A stretch of DNA of 64,000 nt from Eledone cirrhosa (lineage: Eukaryota). Below, in pieces: positions 13,618-28,149 of the stretch. The DNA lies in contig OZ024742.1 in NCBI GenBank assembly GCA_964016885.1, forward strand, positions 82,832,001-82,896,000, written 5' to 3'. The position numbers and the translations under genes were made by a program. Numbering within the stretch: the stretch's first letter is position 1; each line of letters starts with the position of its first letter. The notes under the pieces were generated by a model. That model made no database searches. It was not told the DNA's origin and saw only the letters and a program-made list of their open reading frames with translations.

Positions 13618-16379
13618 GATAATTCGTAGAATTATAGAAAACAATTATTACATGTTATCTATACCAGATCGATAAATGTTTATACAACTCAAGTTGCGGA
13701 TCAATACAAATGACTTGGAACTTCTTGAGTGGAAGTTAATCGGTTTGGTCTGCAATTTTATGTTTGATAAAATAACTACCAATTAATTAGCAGGCACCGG
13801 TTTACTCGAATACAAAACTTCACTTACCTTTGTCGTCTGCATACATTTGGAATCGTAATGTATAATTGTTTGCTTCTGTTCAGTCTTTTACGTTATTTTA
13901 ACGCTTATGTGTAAATGTCTGTGTCGTCTCTAGAAATTTAAGATAGAATATTTTAAGCAGATTTGAACAAGCTGAATATAAATTAGCAATTCGGAATGAA
14001 GACTTTAAATAGTGCAATTTACTTTACGCCATAAATTAATAGTGGGATTTAGGGATTTCACTTCGTATACGTAGTTGCATCAAATGCATAAACAACCATT
14101 AAATGTATTGTAATTCTATCGTATCTGTGTTTAGTATGCAGAATTTTCCCAAGAGGTATTTTCCCTCAACGATATTATAAAATATATTGCTTATTTAAAA
14201 TGAGATTGAAAGCCAATCTAGTAACAGAAAAGTCGTTAACATCTGTAATATTACGTACAATTGGAATCAAAATACTACCAGGTATTTGTATTTTATTCGG
14301 AGAAAGAGCAGTGTAGATCATTTCAAACAATTCTATTTAGTTTTATTAGAAAAGTACTAACATAATCGAATCGAATTATCACCCTAAACATACGTAACAT
14401 TGTTTTCTAAGAATAAAGACAGAAGGTTAGTTGTTTGGCCAGAACGACATGCGAAAAAAAAGTCATTTGGGGGTTAGAACCACAAGAGGGGATCTGTATT
14501 TAGGACCGAGTATATTTAGGTTTATATAAACAAGACACATCGTTAGTCATTCTTTTTGCTGAATATGGTAACTGATATTTTCACCGGTCACCTGCAGATA
14601 TGCTTTAGGAGGCGTACAAAGGATCAGTGAGGAGAGCGAGAGACACGGAGAATCAAGGAAGGTCAATGTAATCGGCTCTTAGCCCTCATGTTTGAAATGT
14701 TAGAAATGTCAGTGATATGGAGAGGGCCTGATATATTACTATTCTTGGGTAGAGCGCATATATTTATTACCCGTTTCTAATCTTCCGTAACGATCTCTGT
14801 AAAAATAGAACCAAATGGGATTTTGAAGAGTATTTAGGCTACTCCTGGAAGGTAACGTTTCCGGGTAACACATGAGATACGTTCATGGCCGATGGAGGGT
14901 GGTGGACCGGAACGCATTAGAGCGTAGGAAAAATATTGACGGCATATTTTGCTACATTTTACACTCAGTCTTCATGGCTCAACATTCTGGGCTCGATTTC
15001 AAAATGTATAAATCGAAGACTGATCGATTTAATCGACGTTTCACCTCCTCTAAAATCCCTGAACTTGTGCCTAAATTAGAAATGATTATTTGGCCTGATG
15101 TCGCTTCGAGTAAAACTGACATGGGATGTTTTCTTTAAGTTTGATAATGTATATATAATAGTAGTCAATACTCACAGATTGTAAACACAACATAGGCGTG
15201 TATAGATATGGTAGAATTAGATGCAATTGATACGAATATGCGGAAAGTCACTCCCAAATGAACATCACTTAAGGATACATGTTTAAAAACGTATATGGGG
15301 CTAGGATTATTCCAATAAATTAGGATAGGGTGAAAACGTCCATCCGAGATACCGACAGTGCGCAATTCACGAAAGCAGTTTGCCTTTCGGTCAGTAATCA
15401 TTCAAGTGATATATAGATATGCCAAATCTACAAATTTAATGAAATGTATCAATGTCTTGTAGGCTACGTACATTGATTCCACTAATGCAGTATATGTGGT
15501 CGCGAGTTGCATTGTTGTTTAGTCTTTATAAAATAGAACTGACCATGTCTGATTCGTTCTTATTCCAGTGTAACTGAGATCACATTGTATAATATAATCA
15601 TTTCGTCTACGAAGAAATTCGTATATTTTGTATATGAGATTTGATTCGTATAACTTACACCTCGAGAAATCAAAACGTTTTACTGGGAGTGAGTGACGGC
15701 GACTAAATGCTTTCTAAATACCTTGCCATATTTAGTTCTATATGTACAAACACCTCTTCTTTTAAGTTATCAAGTTTAAATTCCACCGTAGTTTATCTTT
15801 TCTTCAATGCAGATTGAGATAAAATACTGATATATTTTCGTCAATGTCGATGCTTCCATACCTATGGCACTAAATTACATTAGGAATCATCGCCAATTAG
15901 CCTGACTATTTGAAACGAAGACGGGCTAAATATTGTCATGCATCCTTCCGGGGAAGATATTTTGACTCGTGCCTTAGTTAGTTATTTATTATTATAAAAT
16001 AATCACGAGACCCTTTACAGTGGGAGGCTCAGGTTTCATCTGTGGAGCTTTCTATGAAGTCTTTTAATTCAGCTGTTTTACAAAATTCAATCAGCACACC
16101 GTCTCTATCGACAAAATAATTTTATCGTTGTCATTTTTTTCTATTGCAATTTCTTACTTGTTTCATAAGCGTCGTTCCGCAAATATTACTTTCGAAATAC
16201 AAACATTTCGGCAATTAACATATATAGATATTAGGCATTGTTTACATGAGCTGAACAATTTCACTGATTAAAACTAACGAATTGAGTAAACCTAATCTCA
16301 TATCAGTGAATATTAGGTCAGAACAAACCAGTAGAAACGCAGTACAGTATGAGGCGATTAGTTTTTAATAATACAAAAC

Positions 16380-16382
<3 letters not shown>

Positions 16383-16471
<89 letters not shown>

Positions 16472-16540
16472 GCTCTCTCTCACGCTCTCTCTCTCTCTCT
16501 CTCTCAATATATATATATATATATTTATATATGTATATAT
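16383..16540. repeat. (CT)n + (TA)n microsatellite
   Basis: Direct inspection. Confidence 0.95.
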
Positions 16541-16946
16541 ATTTATGTATTTATTGGCTGTAATATTAAGGCTGTCTTTAAGCATAATACCTTTATACAC
16601 AATAACATTTATGTTTAAACGATGTTTTAGCGCTTGCATTACATGCAAATGACCACGTCCAGCTGTTGTTTTCCATTTCGATTGCCAATGAACATCTTCA
16701 GCAAGTCATCATCACGCAAAGATCTATATAGTATATTTCATGCCAGTATATTTTGAGATGACTTGAGTTTAACAACTCTTGAAACAACATGCTGTTTAAC
16801 GTTCTCAGAACATAATGGAAACACTCTGACTTGTCCAAGGAGGAAAATACAGAATAATCCTTTTTTTTTATTTTTCGTCTCGTTAAGAAAAGATAAATTT
16901 CTAAGACCGATAGGTTATCCATATGTTTATTGTATCATAATTATAT

Positions 16947-17082
16947 AAGGCGGCAAATTGGCAGAGTCGTTAGAACGTCAGATTAGAATGCTTTATGGTA
17001 TCGTCTCTCTTCTCTTTGAGTTCATATCCTGCCGATATCAACTATACCTTTCATACTTATAAGTCGATTAAAAAGTTCCAGT
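16947..17082 (+). mobile_element. tRNA-derived SINE, decayed
   Basis: AAGGCGGCAAATTGGCAGAGTCGTTAG head, GAGTTCATATCC B-box-like, CCTTTCAT...GTCGATTAAAA body. Confidence 0.65.
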
Positions 17083-17504
17083 CTAGTGCTTGGGAGGATT
17101 CTTCTTCTATATCTCTTTCCCATTTTCTTCTCTCTATCTGCTGTACTCAGGCCTGGAAGGGAATGCGTTCCAGCCCAAGAAACGCTGCCAATGTCAATAC
17201 GGCACCCCTACGACTCTATCTGGAGTTACGCAACCATGCATACATACAAACATCATTGTATACACACTTCCCCCATTATACCAATATATATATACATGTG
17301 TGTGTGTAAACCTTCGGGATTTTCGAAGTGCTGGACATTTGAGAGTTGATACTACGGAAATGTAAGAATCTCTAATACAGAAAATCACTATATATGATAA
17401 CTGAAAACATCCGGTAATTTACTCTATCGGATGGAAAATACAAGAAACAAATGACAAAAGGCCGGAACCGAATTGCTATTGCCCAATGCAAAACATGAAA
17501 TAAT

Positions 17505-17710
17505 AATAATCATAATGGTTTCTGATTCAGGCACATGGCCAATACATTTTAGGGAATGGAAATCTCGATTAAATCAACTCCAGTATATATCCAATGCGTT
17601 ATTTTATAGAACCTGGAGGAACAAAGCCAAGGATAACCTCAGTCTGCAATTCAGAAGGAAAATAACTGTAACTCAGCCGCAAAGCAAGTTGTCCGACGCT
17701 CTACCGATAT
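17505..17710 (-). mobile_element. tRNA-derived SINE, strongly decayed
   Basis: AATGGTTTCTGATTCAGGCACATGGCCA tail ... GTCCGACGCTCTACCGAT head match the family. Confidence 0.5.
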
Positions 17711-18519
17711 AATTAGATAATTGTTTATACATCTTTCATAAGGCCAGCAACTTGGAAGGATGGGCAAAGTTGATTAAATTCCGTTTAAGCTTTTCTGCTA
17801 TTACCTTTGTTTTTTTTAGTATTGAATATTTCATATTTTCCTTCAAATTACCGTGTATCTTGTCTCTCCGTAGTTCTACTAAAAGCACTTTTTCACTATC
17901 ATCAACGTATTTCAGCAGCCTCTCTATCTTTATCCTCATACACACCTCTAAGCTTTTCAGACATCGTCCTTCCTATGTTCTATACATTCTATTGAATAAT
18001 TGTTCACTTACTTGAATATATTTGTGTCCATAAAAGGCATGGAAAAGAAAGTTACATTATGTCTTCATATAATTAATATACATCGGGATAGGTATAATAT
18101 TCAGAATTTATTTTCTTTGTATTTTGTTTTCTCAAATCTTTCGTATCCATATTGATTCTTTCATTCTTTGCCTGCGTATTTGTTTTCCTGCCAATTTGTT
18201 AAATGTAATTTCATAGCTAGAAATCTAAGTAACATGAGAATAAAATGAAGCGTCAGTGCTTTTTGGTTATATTCTAAATCATTGGTAGCGTGGAATGGTT
18301 GGCTTATTAAAGTCGTATATAAAACGTATCGTTATAAGTTCGAATTTGACCGAGATAAATATGGCAGCCACATCATCCGACTATTCTTTGGATGGCCAAC
18401 CACATGTCCAGAAAGAACATCAGCCTGCTACAAATCTGATTAGAAGAAACCGGACAGTCAAACATCGAGACGGACTTCTGCATTCCCTCACAAACGAGAA
18501 ATTCACTTACGCTACAAAA

Positions 18520-19450
18520 TTTGTGTTGGCATATGGAAGTTTCTGTCACTCCTTTGTCCTGGAGCAACAACGCGGCTGTCCCGGGAGCTATCCGACTACA
18601 ACTTCTCACTGTCAGGTTTCACCGAGTCAGCCTGGCTCTGCAGCGGCGAATTCATTGCCGGAGACCACTGCCTCATCTAGTGTGTGGCCCTGAGTACCGA
18701 ACGGGATTCTACGGCGTGGCAGTGTCTATGCCCATGCACGTCCGCAAGTCGCTTATCGGCCGGTCCCAGCGAGTGACCGTTTGCTCTCAGTATGTTTTTT
18801 TCCACTGGCACGGGAAAATGACTACCATCGTTGCCTAATTCCACTACTGACATCGCAGACGACAATGTCAAGGACGATTATAATGACAAAGTCCAACAGG
18901 TTTTAGGGCAAATCCCTATCATGATGATCCTGACGGCCACCAATGTTATCATCTCTTCTTCTGCAATGTTCGGTTGTTGTTCCAACCGACACATTAATAA
19001 CTCAGCCAATTATCATAACCTTTACTGACCCACCAACAAATAACAAAGTTAATCGCTTGTTGCTCCGGTGCAACTTCAACAATATTTATGTCGCCCACTT
19101 GTTTCCCCGCACAAACTCATAATTCATTGCACATGATGCAGTTCAGGTGGCGTCACATGGAAGGCAATAGACCGCAACATCCTTTCGCATCGCGGAAGAT
19201 TGTTTGTCACCAACTTCCGGTTCTACAGAGTAGGTAACCTCGGCAATACCCGCCTGTGTTTGCTGGCTTCAACACTGAGGCTGATGTTGCGGGCGAAGCC
19301 TTCCAGCATAAACTATCCCGATATTGACTCAGACTCTCGCCGTGATCCCATCATGGCCTCTTCATTTGCGTACTCCAGCACCAATCGCTTCAGCGCCAAG
19401 TACATGTACGAGACCGATAACTGGGAGATCTTTAAATCAAGCATCAACTA
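18520..19450 (+). pseudogene. GC-richer relic, possibly LINE ORF1 zinc-knuckle plus APE region
   Basis: Composition shift; fragmentary C/H-spaced peptides (HCRRPLPHLVCGPEYRTG); weak by-eye similarity only. Confidence 0.25.
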
Positions 19451-19537
19451 GTCTGCACATGTAGTCCTCGTAAACTTAAGATCTCTTCCTACACCACGCA
19501 CACACACACATATAAACACGCATACACACACACACAC

Positions 19538-19574
<37 letters not shown>

Positions 19575-19604
19575 TATATATATATTTGTATGTACGTATA
19601 TAAA

Positions 19605-19800
19605 ACCCCCTACACAGTAAGCTGGAGGTGCCTTACTAAAGCTCCTCCATATAGCTCGTTGAGCAGGTTTTGTAGCCTGTGCCTACCTGAATCTCATGCC
19701 ATAGTATTCTCAGGAATCAACTTGCTCAACAGGAGATCAGAAAACTTCTCGTCCTGCCCCCATACTATACTTAGCTCTTTCTTTTTCTTCAGACCAGACA
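19605..19800 (+). pseudogene. C-terminal GIY-YIG-region fragment of a Penelope-like element
   Basis: PYTVSWRCLTKAPPY...CSLCLPESHAI...LLNRRSENFSSCPH matches the PLE C-terminal pattern W-x-I-x2-KA-x-PY...C-x-LCL-x-E...LLN-x-RSE...C-x-H; starts right after (TA)n. Confidence 0.7.
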
Positions 19801-21035
19801 CATAGCCCTGACACCACCCTGTCCCGCACTTGGCAGCCCCGCTGGCGAACAGGGTGCTCTCTAGTAACCCCGGCCGCATAGATGCCTCGGCTCCCCGATT
19901 GGCTATGAGGACTCTGGTGAGGAACAGACGACCCTGTGTCCCACCTGCCAACCTGGGATTGGTGGCAACATTGTTGATGGGCGCCCTGAGGGCAGCTGAT
20001 GCCTGCAATGTAGGACATTGTGAGTGCCTGGACCCACGTTGACTAATCTGGGAAGGTGCCGTCGGAGATGTATGTCAACAAACTCGAGATAATGCCCACC
20101 CCACCCCCTCCCTTAGTAAACCCCCGCCCAAATAGATGCCCCTCCCCATTCTCCCCCACTCACATCTTTTGAGTTAGTTCTTTATTATCAGTGATTAGTT
20201 CTTTACTAATAGGAATTTTTTGTATTTTACCACAGTCAACTTAATGGGCTTGGAGAGTTGACTCCCTTGAAGTCTGAACACTCGATAAGTTAGGGGCTGT
20301 GCCCCTTGAACAGGGGTGTGTCTAGCTGGTCTACCTGCTGTCTGCTACTACCCGAGACTGGACACGGTCGTAGCCACAGGCCAGCGCGTGCGCGATAGCA
20401 TAGAATATATATTTTCTGCTAGTCACCCCGTGTAATATGATACCCCAAGATTCCATGCATGAGATTCACCGAAGCATGCGGAGTCTTAACCGGGAGATGA
20501 CATGCGAACTTGAAAATACCACAAGTGAGACCCTTTGGATAGCGTACACGCCGGACCATACCCGCAAATATATACCCTGATCTGTCTTGAATATACAGGG
20601 CTGACGGAATATGGATAACACGACCACCATCTAAGCTGGAACCGACCCATACAGCAAACAAAGAGGGGACAGCCCTTCGCTTTTGACCAGTCGCGTGTGG
20701 GCTTGGAGTTCGTAATATACCACCCCAGTCAAATACACACTGGTTTTTTTACCAATATAGCATGTAGACCAATACATCCTATGTAGCGAGACCTGGTCTA
20801 TCGCAAAAGCGTGCAACCCCCGAAACTAAAAGATCAAACGGACCACACCCAGCAACCACTAGCTATTAGATCCACAGGTACATTTCCCAGAGAGTCCACG
20901 CAGCTGATATTGAATCCCAGTTGATCCGTGAACTATGAACTTTTAAACAAGACCAACAGTGCCTGGAGCTATGCTGATGACTACATACGCATAATGGATA
21001 TCGCGCCCACACGGTCACCAGTACTGTTCATCCTG

Positions 21036-21285
21036 TTGTATGTATGTAAATATCCGTGCGCGGGATATCCCTGAGTACATTTTCTTGACCATCAATTGTT
21101 AATTGATTGTTTGTTAATTAGGCAGGAATATACCATTATGTCTGTGCTAATCCTATGTGTTACTGTATGTGTGTAAAGTATCCGAGCGCGGGATATCCCT
21201 GGGCTAATTTTGCCTGACTGTTAATAGTGTATTGATTACTGGTTAATTAGGCAGGAATATATTATTATGTCTTTGTTAATCCTGT
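21036..21285 (+). repeat. Two diverged tandem ~128-bp units
   Basis: TATCCG(T/A)GCGCGGGATATCCCTG...GTTAATTAGGCAGGAATATA...ATTATGTCT...TAATCCT occurs twice. Confidence 0.8.
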
Positions 21286-22213
21286 ATCAATAATTTTATG
21301 ATATTTTTTTGTGATAATACATTGTTAGATTACTGAAGCTACCTTGTACCTTCTTAAAAATACATGTTATAATTATTGTCTTTTTGATTATGTATTTTCT
21401 TATTTACCACTTTCTTTAATCTTGCCCAACTTGATAAACTCTTTGAATTGCTCCCTAATTAAATTACTTAAATTACTTAAATTGTTGTATCTATTATACC
21501 TAAGTTGTATCTGTGAAGCAGCCCTTTGAAAATTCCTCGGATATCCCAAAAACCGTAATTTTTAACTTTTAATGTATAATTTTCCTCAATTCGTTTTTAT
21601 ATATATCTTTAAAGGCTCTCTAAAATTTTAATACTTCGAAGGGTCTCTCGGAGGAAGTTCCTATTAAAAATATTAAAGGGGCCTTTTCTGAGAGATTTAT
21701 AGAAGGCTCTTTGAATTAACCTTTAAGTGATTAGTTTCTTTCAACTTAGTAGGGAATATCAAAACTTCGTAAGTTTTCAGAAATTTGTAAACGTGATCTC
21801 GGGGGAAGAAAGTTTTTTTTTTTGGAAAAAATTTTTTTCTCTCGAAGGAATTTCATAGGAAACTTTATATTTTTTAGGGAAACTTTATATTTTTATTTTT
21901 TATTTTATTAGCCTCTTAATTTCTTCTAGTTTATTAGGCTTATTGGAGCCTGTAAGCTTTATGCACTTATTGAGGGATTTTTTAAGGTGCTTCTACGGGA
22001 TCCCAAGTCTTTTAGTTTACTGTTAATGCATAAATTATATATTATCTAATTTTTAACCTTCAATCCCTGACCCCGACAACTAATATAAAAGAGCCCCCTT
22101 AGAATATAGACCCCAACTATACAAGCGGAGCTGCTGATGTATACCACAATTTCAAACTGCTAGCCTTGAGTGATACGTTGATGTAAATAATGATCTTACA
22201 ATCACATGTTATA

Positions 22214-22260
22214 TGCCTTGAAAAGTCCCACCATATGGTCGGACGAAACGGCTGTCGGCA
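22214..22260 (+). ncRNA. Minimal type I hammerhead, U3-A8 core variant
   Basis: UGCC / UUGAAAA / GUCC-(CACCAUAUGGUC)-GGAC / GAAA / CGGCUG / UC / GGCA, followed by AATAAA. Confidence 0.65.
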
Positions 22261-22413
22261 ATAAACTCGTTATAATGTCATAATAGTTCCTTTGTTCTTT
22301 TTCACTAATATTTCTGCTCTGCGTATACGCATAGAGCTTAACTAGCTCCCGTCACATATTTGGTAGGTCAGACGTGATCATCGCGATTCACATACGACCT
22401 ACTATACATCTTG

Positions 22414-22415
<2 letters not shown>

Positions 22416-22489
<74 letters not shown>

Positions 22490-22499
22490 TATATATATA

Positions 22500-22541
<42 letters not shown>

Positions 22542-22593
22542 CATATATATGTATATATATATATATATGTATATACAGATATATATATGTTTT

Positions 22594-22641
<48 letters not shown>

Positions 22642-22647
22642 TATACA

Positions 22648-22696
<49 letters not shown>

Positions 22697-22755
22697 ATGT
22701 ATATGTATATGTAAATGTATATATATATATGTATATGTATATATAAATGTATATA
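22416..22755. repeat. Interrupted (TA)n microsatellite
   Basis: Direct inspection. Confidence 0.95.
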
Positions 22756-23829
22756 CACGCTGGCCCGCACGGCTGGCGCGTCGGCTATGTATACCGGCAT
22801 TTTATCTTTTCAAGAAGACCCCTCCACTCCAGTTCAAATATACCGCACGCCCTCTCAAGTCACATTCAGTACGTATCAAGGATGGGAGGCAGGGAGTTAT
22901 TGTGGTGACTCATTTCTGACGCGTGAAAAATACCACCACCACCATCGGAATGCTCAAGGAACATAATCACTCGATTCCTTGGAAAAGTTACAACTGTTGT
23001 GTTGGAACATTAGTTTTGCCACAATGCTGCTATGGTCGCATTGGTTTTGAGGGCTTTCTAAAAGATCTGATGCAGGACTACCGCCAGGCGCTATCTGGCT
23101 GGGCCTGATAGTTTAATGTACTGGCAATTAACGTAACAAGGAATATAGGGGTGATTTCGGCTGAATGCGTCAACACGCTGCTTGATTGTCTTTATGCTCC
23201 CCGTTGTTACACGCATGACCCTCACTGTCCTATACTTCCCCCTCCAGTAAACATGCCCATCTCTTCTTTCTATGTAGGTCTGGATGAAATGCGAGTGCAT
23301 AAATGTGTGGTTTTCAATACGAGGTACGTTCCTGCACTATCTCCTTACTACGGAGCTATGGGGGAAAAGCTATTGTGGTGACTCAATCTTAGTGTGTTTA
23401 TAATTATAGTTCACTGCGACGTGCAGCTTCCACCTTACGCACGTGTCGTCAATCTCCCCCGAAAGTTAGCGTCAGCTTGCCTGAACCCTTGGGCGTGTAT
23501 CTAACTTCTTCCCCTGACCCTTTGAACCCAATTATCTTTGATATTCGCCTGGCCACCCTATGTAACACTCTGTCACACGCACATAAACACACACACACGC
23601 ACACACACACACACACACAATAGACAACCCCATCAATTACGTACGAGGGGTGGTTAACGTGCCCTGATGTTGGGTTTGAATAGTTTTCAGCAGCCAGTAA
23701 GTTAAAGACAATCGATAGTTACAACGATAAAGGCTGAACAGAGAACACATTATTTAACAAACTTTACAATAATTAGTACAAACTTAATGATAATTCTAAG
23801 TAACAGAAAATACATGAATTATATTGTTT

Positions 23830-24170
23830 TTTTTTTGTTCGACCCTCGAGAGCAACGATGAAGAGATTGGTTGGCGAGCTCACGCTAGAGCATCCTACAT
23901 ACAATTGACCATATGAGAAGCATGGTTTTCCCAGATGAAGACCAGCCACTTTAAGGGTTTGACCCTGGGCTTTGTTGATGGTAATCGTGAAGCTTAGTCT
24001 TATTGGAAACTGAAGTGGCTTGAACTCAAAGGGTAAGTCGGCTGGCAGCAACGTGATGCGAGGAATAAATACATCTTCTCTCCTACCAACTCCAGTCATG
24101 ATTGTGGCTTTCATGACACGACACAGCATCTGCTTGAGTGCAAGTCGTGTGCCATTGCAGAGCTTTAATA
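23830..24170 (-). pseudogene. Helitron RepHel fragment (PIF1-family helicase C-terminus)
   Basis: KLCNGTRL...VFIPRITL..DLPFEFKPLQFPIRLSFTITINKAQGQTLKVAGLHL..PCFSYGQLYVGCS are hallmark Helitron helicase motifs. Confidence 0.9.
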
Positions 24171-24446
24171 TTTTTTCTTCTGGAGAATCGGATCTTGCGG
24201 CCAGGCCGGGACATTTTGGGTGGCATATCGGCAATAACAATGACGATAAGCCGCCTGTCCTTTAGTAGTCGAACTAAATGTAAACAAATTGCTGCATAGT
24301 TAACGAAATAAATACAATGTTTGTTTATATTTTGTTTTTGTAGTTCTGTTTTCCGATCAGTTGTGTGTTTGTGTATGCAAAAATATCTGTACACACAATA
24401 TATAATTATATATATATATATAATTAATTAAAAGTTGGTTAGAAGT

Positions 24447-24904
24447 GAAGTCAATGCAGACAGGCAGCCAGACAGAGAGATATTATAAGGGGTTATAGCT
24501 ATTTATCTATCTAAAAAGACAGTGTAAGAAAGAGAGAGAAATGTCGTTTTATGAATATTATATATAATAAAGTACCAGTAATGTACTGGGATAATTGCTG
24601 ACCTTGTGTCAAAAGTAGAAACAATTATACTCTTTTTTATTCAACTGTAAATAACATGTATATATATATACTTATATATACGTATAAAGAAATGCTGTAA
24701 TAAAATGTACAAATTAATCTGTCTCTTATTTATGATGCTAACACTATATATATATATATATATACACTATATATATACACACACACACAGACAGCGAAGT
24801 CAATGTGCAGACAGCCAGACATTCAGAGACATATTATAAGGGTGCGACGTTATAGCTATGTATCTATCTAAAAAGACAGACTAAGAAAGAGAGAGGAATG
24901 TCGT
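24447..24904 (+). repeat. ~100-110 bp direct repeat (24447-24546, 24796-24904)
   Basis: GAAGTCAATG...TATTATAAGGG...TTATAGCTAT.TATCTATCTAAAAAGACAG...AAGAAAGAGAGAG..ATGTCGT occurs twice; a SINE tail fragment lies between. Confidence 0.75.
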
Positions 24905-25270
24905 ATAAGCGACATGTGTTGACATTTGAACATTTTAAAGAAGTGAATATTTAAATAAACAATAAAATATCATTAATCTTTTAACGATATTTAGTAGACA
25001 AAAATACACTCATTTCTTACTTGGAAAAAGTTACATCTATGGTGCAAATTTGGCGGCCTTTGGTCCAGCCGTTTGGCGAAAGGTTTGTTACATACATACA
25101 TGTCACTATGTGTGTATGTATTGGTGTGTGTCTGTGTCTGTGTGACGGTAGCTTTCAGAGAGCAATACCAAATATCATCCCGGAGCATATCAATGAATCG
25201 AAACAATAAAAGTAAGCTTTATTTCTTCTTCATATTTTTTCTGGGTTTTTTTTTTTCTTTTCAACTTCTA

Positions 25271-25329
25271 GCTGTCTGATTAAGTCATAACTATTGCATA
25301 GCTGTTATCACCGAAATATATATAACAGC
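25271..25329 (+). ncRNA. Degenerate hammerhead motif (relative of the 44187 family)
   Basis: GCUGU / CUGAUUA (G8 mutated) / stem II / GAAA UAUAUA UA / ACAGC. Confidence 0.45.
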
Positions 25330-25434
25330 GATGTATAAATGAAGTCAATTATAACATTTTAATAAAATCCGTAGTAAACAGACCCATTCGTGTACTTCCT
25401 CGAGTGGTGATACACTAACCATACCATAATTTAT

Positions 25435-25486
<52 letters not shown>

Positions 25487-25503
25487 TATATATAAATATA
25501 ATA

Positions 25504-25539
<36 letters not shown>

Positions 25540-26758
25540 GGAGAGACAGAGAGAGAGAGAGAAAGAGAGAGCCAAATGGAAGAGAGAGAGAGAGGTGTGA
25601 AAGTAGAGAATCAAAAGTGATCTCGGCAGTTTCCATATATACATGTGTGTGTTTGTGTGTGTTTTTGTTAACATTATACTACTTTTTTCTCATGTTTAGA
25701 AATCTGATGGTTACTATGCTTTAACTAAGTATATCGAATTAGATTTTTGCTTGACTTGATTCCTTCATAAATGTATCACATTCGAGAGGCCGTTTGATTG
25801 ATATAGCCGAGTAGTGATTCCTAGTTCTATTAATTTCATTTCACAAAGCCTATTGCAATGGCAGTAACGTCAATATATCTGATTTTCTCTTTGCAATAAC
25901 ATTCCTAAAGTTGTACCACAATAAGAATAACATTTTTCCGTTTTTCCTCAAATATAAGTATTTCAGCAAACACCCTAGTGCATATATTATGTGAATATTT
26001 ACACTATTCAGTTTATATGACCTGTGTTCGCAGTTTCTGCAATTGTCAACTGTGCCACTACCTTTCATTTATTAGTTAGCATTTCTGACTGGCTGTTGTA
26101 CGAATTATATTCATACAGATGTATTTACATATCCAGAATTCAATATCTTTCCCCAAACGGATTAGGTTCCAGAGTTCTCATATCCTGCTCCTTGTACATG
26201 CGTTTTTGAATAATTCAGCATGAAGTTGTTTCGAAATGACATTGTTTCTTTAGTTTATTTTCATATTGTTGTAACTGTTGGATTATGGGGTTTTGGCTGC
26301 GTTTTAATATTTCATTGGGTGGTTGGAAATGCAAACGTGCGTATGCATATTTGATAACATGCATGTATGCATACATTGCATCTGAGTCAGTATACACTAT
26401 TTTTACACGCATGCAGCATTGGAATATTCATTAGAAATCTAAAATGTGTGAATTGTTTCTCTTTAAGATTCCAAAAATTCGAACACTAAAATCTAATGTA
26501 ATATTTAATTCTTAGTGTGCATCAGAAGGAAGAACCAGAATCCTGTTATTATTCTCTATCTTTGTTAAAAAGTTTTCATTCAGAAAAATGCATTCGTTTG
26601 GTTATTTTTCGACTGTGAATTGTATTGTATACACTGAAATATATTTAACGCATTTATTTCACCTCGCGTAATTTTTCTAGGAATTTATTCAGACAATATT
26701 TTTTTATAAATTTATTCTTAACAAAAATTAGTATTTAAGTTTCCAAAATATTCTTTAG

Positions 26759-26799
<41 letters not shown>

Positions 26800-26849
26800 A
26801 ACATTATTTCATGCATTTCACTATTAGTGTTTAGTCACATATATATATT

Positions 26850-26992
<143 letters not shown>

Positions 26993-27722
26993 GTGTGCCT
27001 GTCTCTGTGTGTTGTTTGTGTTTGTGTATCTGTTTTTGAAACTGAGATTCCAATTAATTTCCGCCATATCCTTAAACTCAAATATTGTTATTACAAAAGA
27101 ATTTTCCTCGAAGATGGAATGCTAAATGAGATTTTTATAGCCAGACTTCTGTCTAAATATTAAATGAAAATGTAATGTTTAATGCAATATATTCTGGAAA
27201 TTCCATCACATTATTACAGTTCTAAATATATTTTAGCAAAATACTAGTTGCAGCATAAGAGATATTGTAGAAGCTCTCAATATCCACGAAAACAAAGATG
27301 ATTTGTAATTAACTCATACCAAGAAAATATGTACAAATATCTGTCAATGGCCGACGTATTCTATGGGCAGGTCACTTGTCCCAAAGACACTCTAACAGTA
27401 TTCTGGAAAAAAAGGGTATGATTCCATGGCAGTTTGACAGAAAGAGAATTGTGATAGTTTAAATTGGTAGTCTATCGTACAATATTTCTTGAATAAAGAT
27501 TTGATTGACGATGGTTAAATAATCGGAATGGTGGTATGCTAGTGTCCATTCAGTAGTAGCCAGAGTATTACAAGCTCAAGATACCGTTCTAATACTGGTA
27601 TTACAGTTATGAATCAAAGCCAGGTGTTTGCATACATTTCGAACAATCAAGAAACGAACATTTTTCATTTTCTTTTTTCGTTTAGCTGCGTCCCTTATAT
27701 GTTCTTGTCCCCGTTGTGCTCA

Positions 27723-27759
<37 letters not shown>

Positions 27760-27761
<2 letters not shown>

Positions 27762-27880
27762 TAGCCACCTCATGACCGCCGACCCTGTCTGTACTGTGCT
27801 CAAATATATTCATAAGCATTTGTTGTCATCTATCGTAATGCCCATTTTCCTTAAAATAACATGTTAAAAGGTATCTACGT
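27760..27880 (-). mobile_element. Probable non-autonomous Helitron 3' end
   Basis: Minus strand ends ...GGTCATGAGGTGG-CTAG|T into (TA)n, similar to the 31063-31094 end. Confidence 0.45.
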
Positions 27881-28149
27881 ATTTTATGGTAAAATTTTAA
27901 ATAATTATTTAGTATATCAAAATACAGAACGTAATAAAGAATATAATACATAAATATATTCTATGAAAGTTATAAAACATTGTCAGAACTTCAGTGTATG
28001 TAATATAATTTAACTTTTTTCTTTGGACAATATATGACGAGTTTATGAGGGCTTCTAATTCTCACTCATGTGAGAAACAGCTCTTTACTTGATGGTGTCC
28101 GAAGACCTGCTGTGTTTGTCATTGGCACTGTCATTAGCAGAAGAAGAAG

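Noticed and set aside
20880-21030. Possible PLE RT remnant (DIES...ELLNK...YADD)
   Set aside because: Requires several frameshifts; too weak to list as a feature
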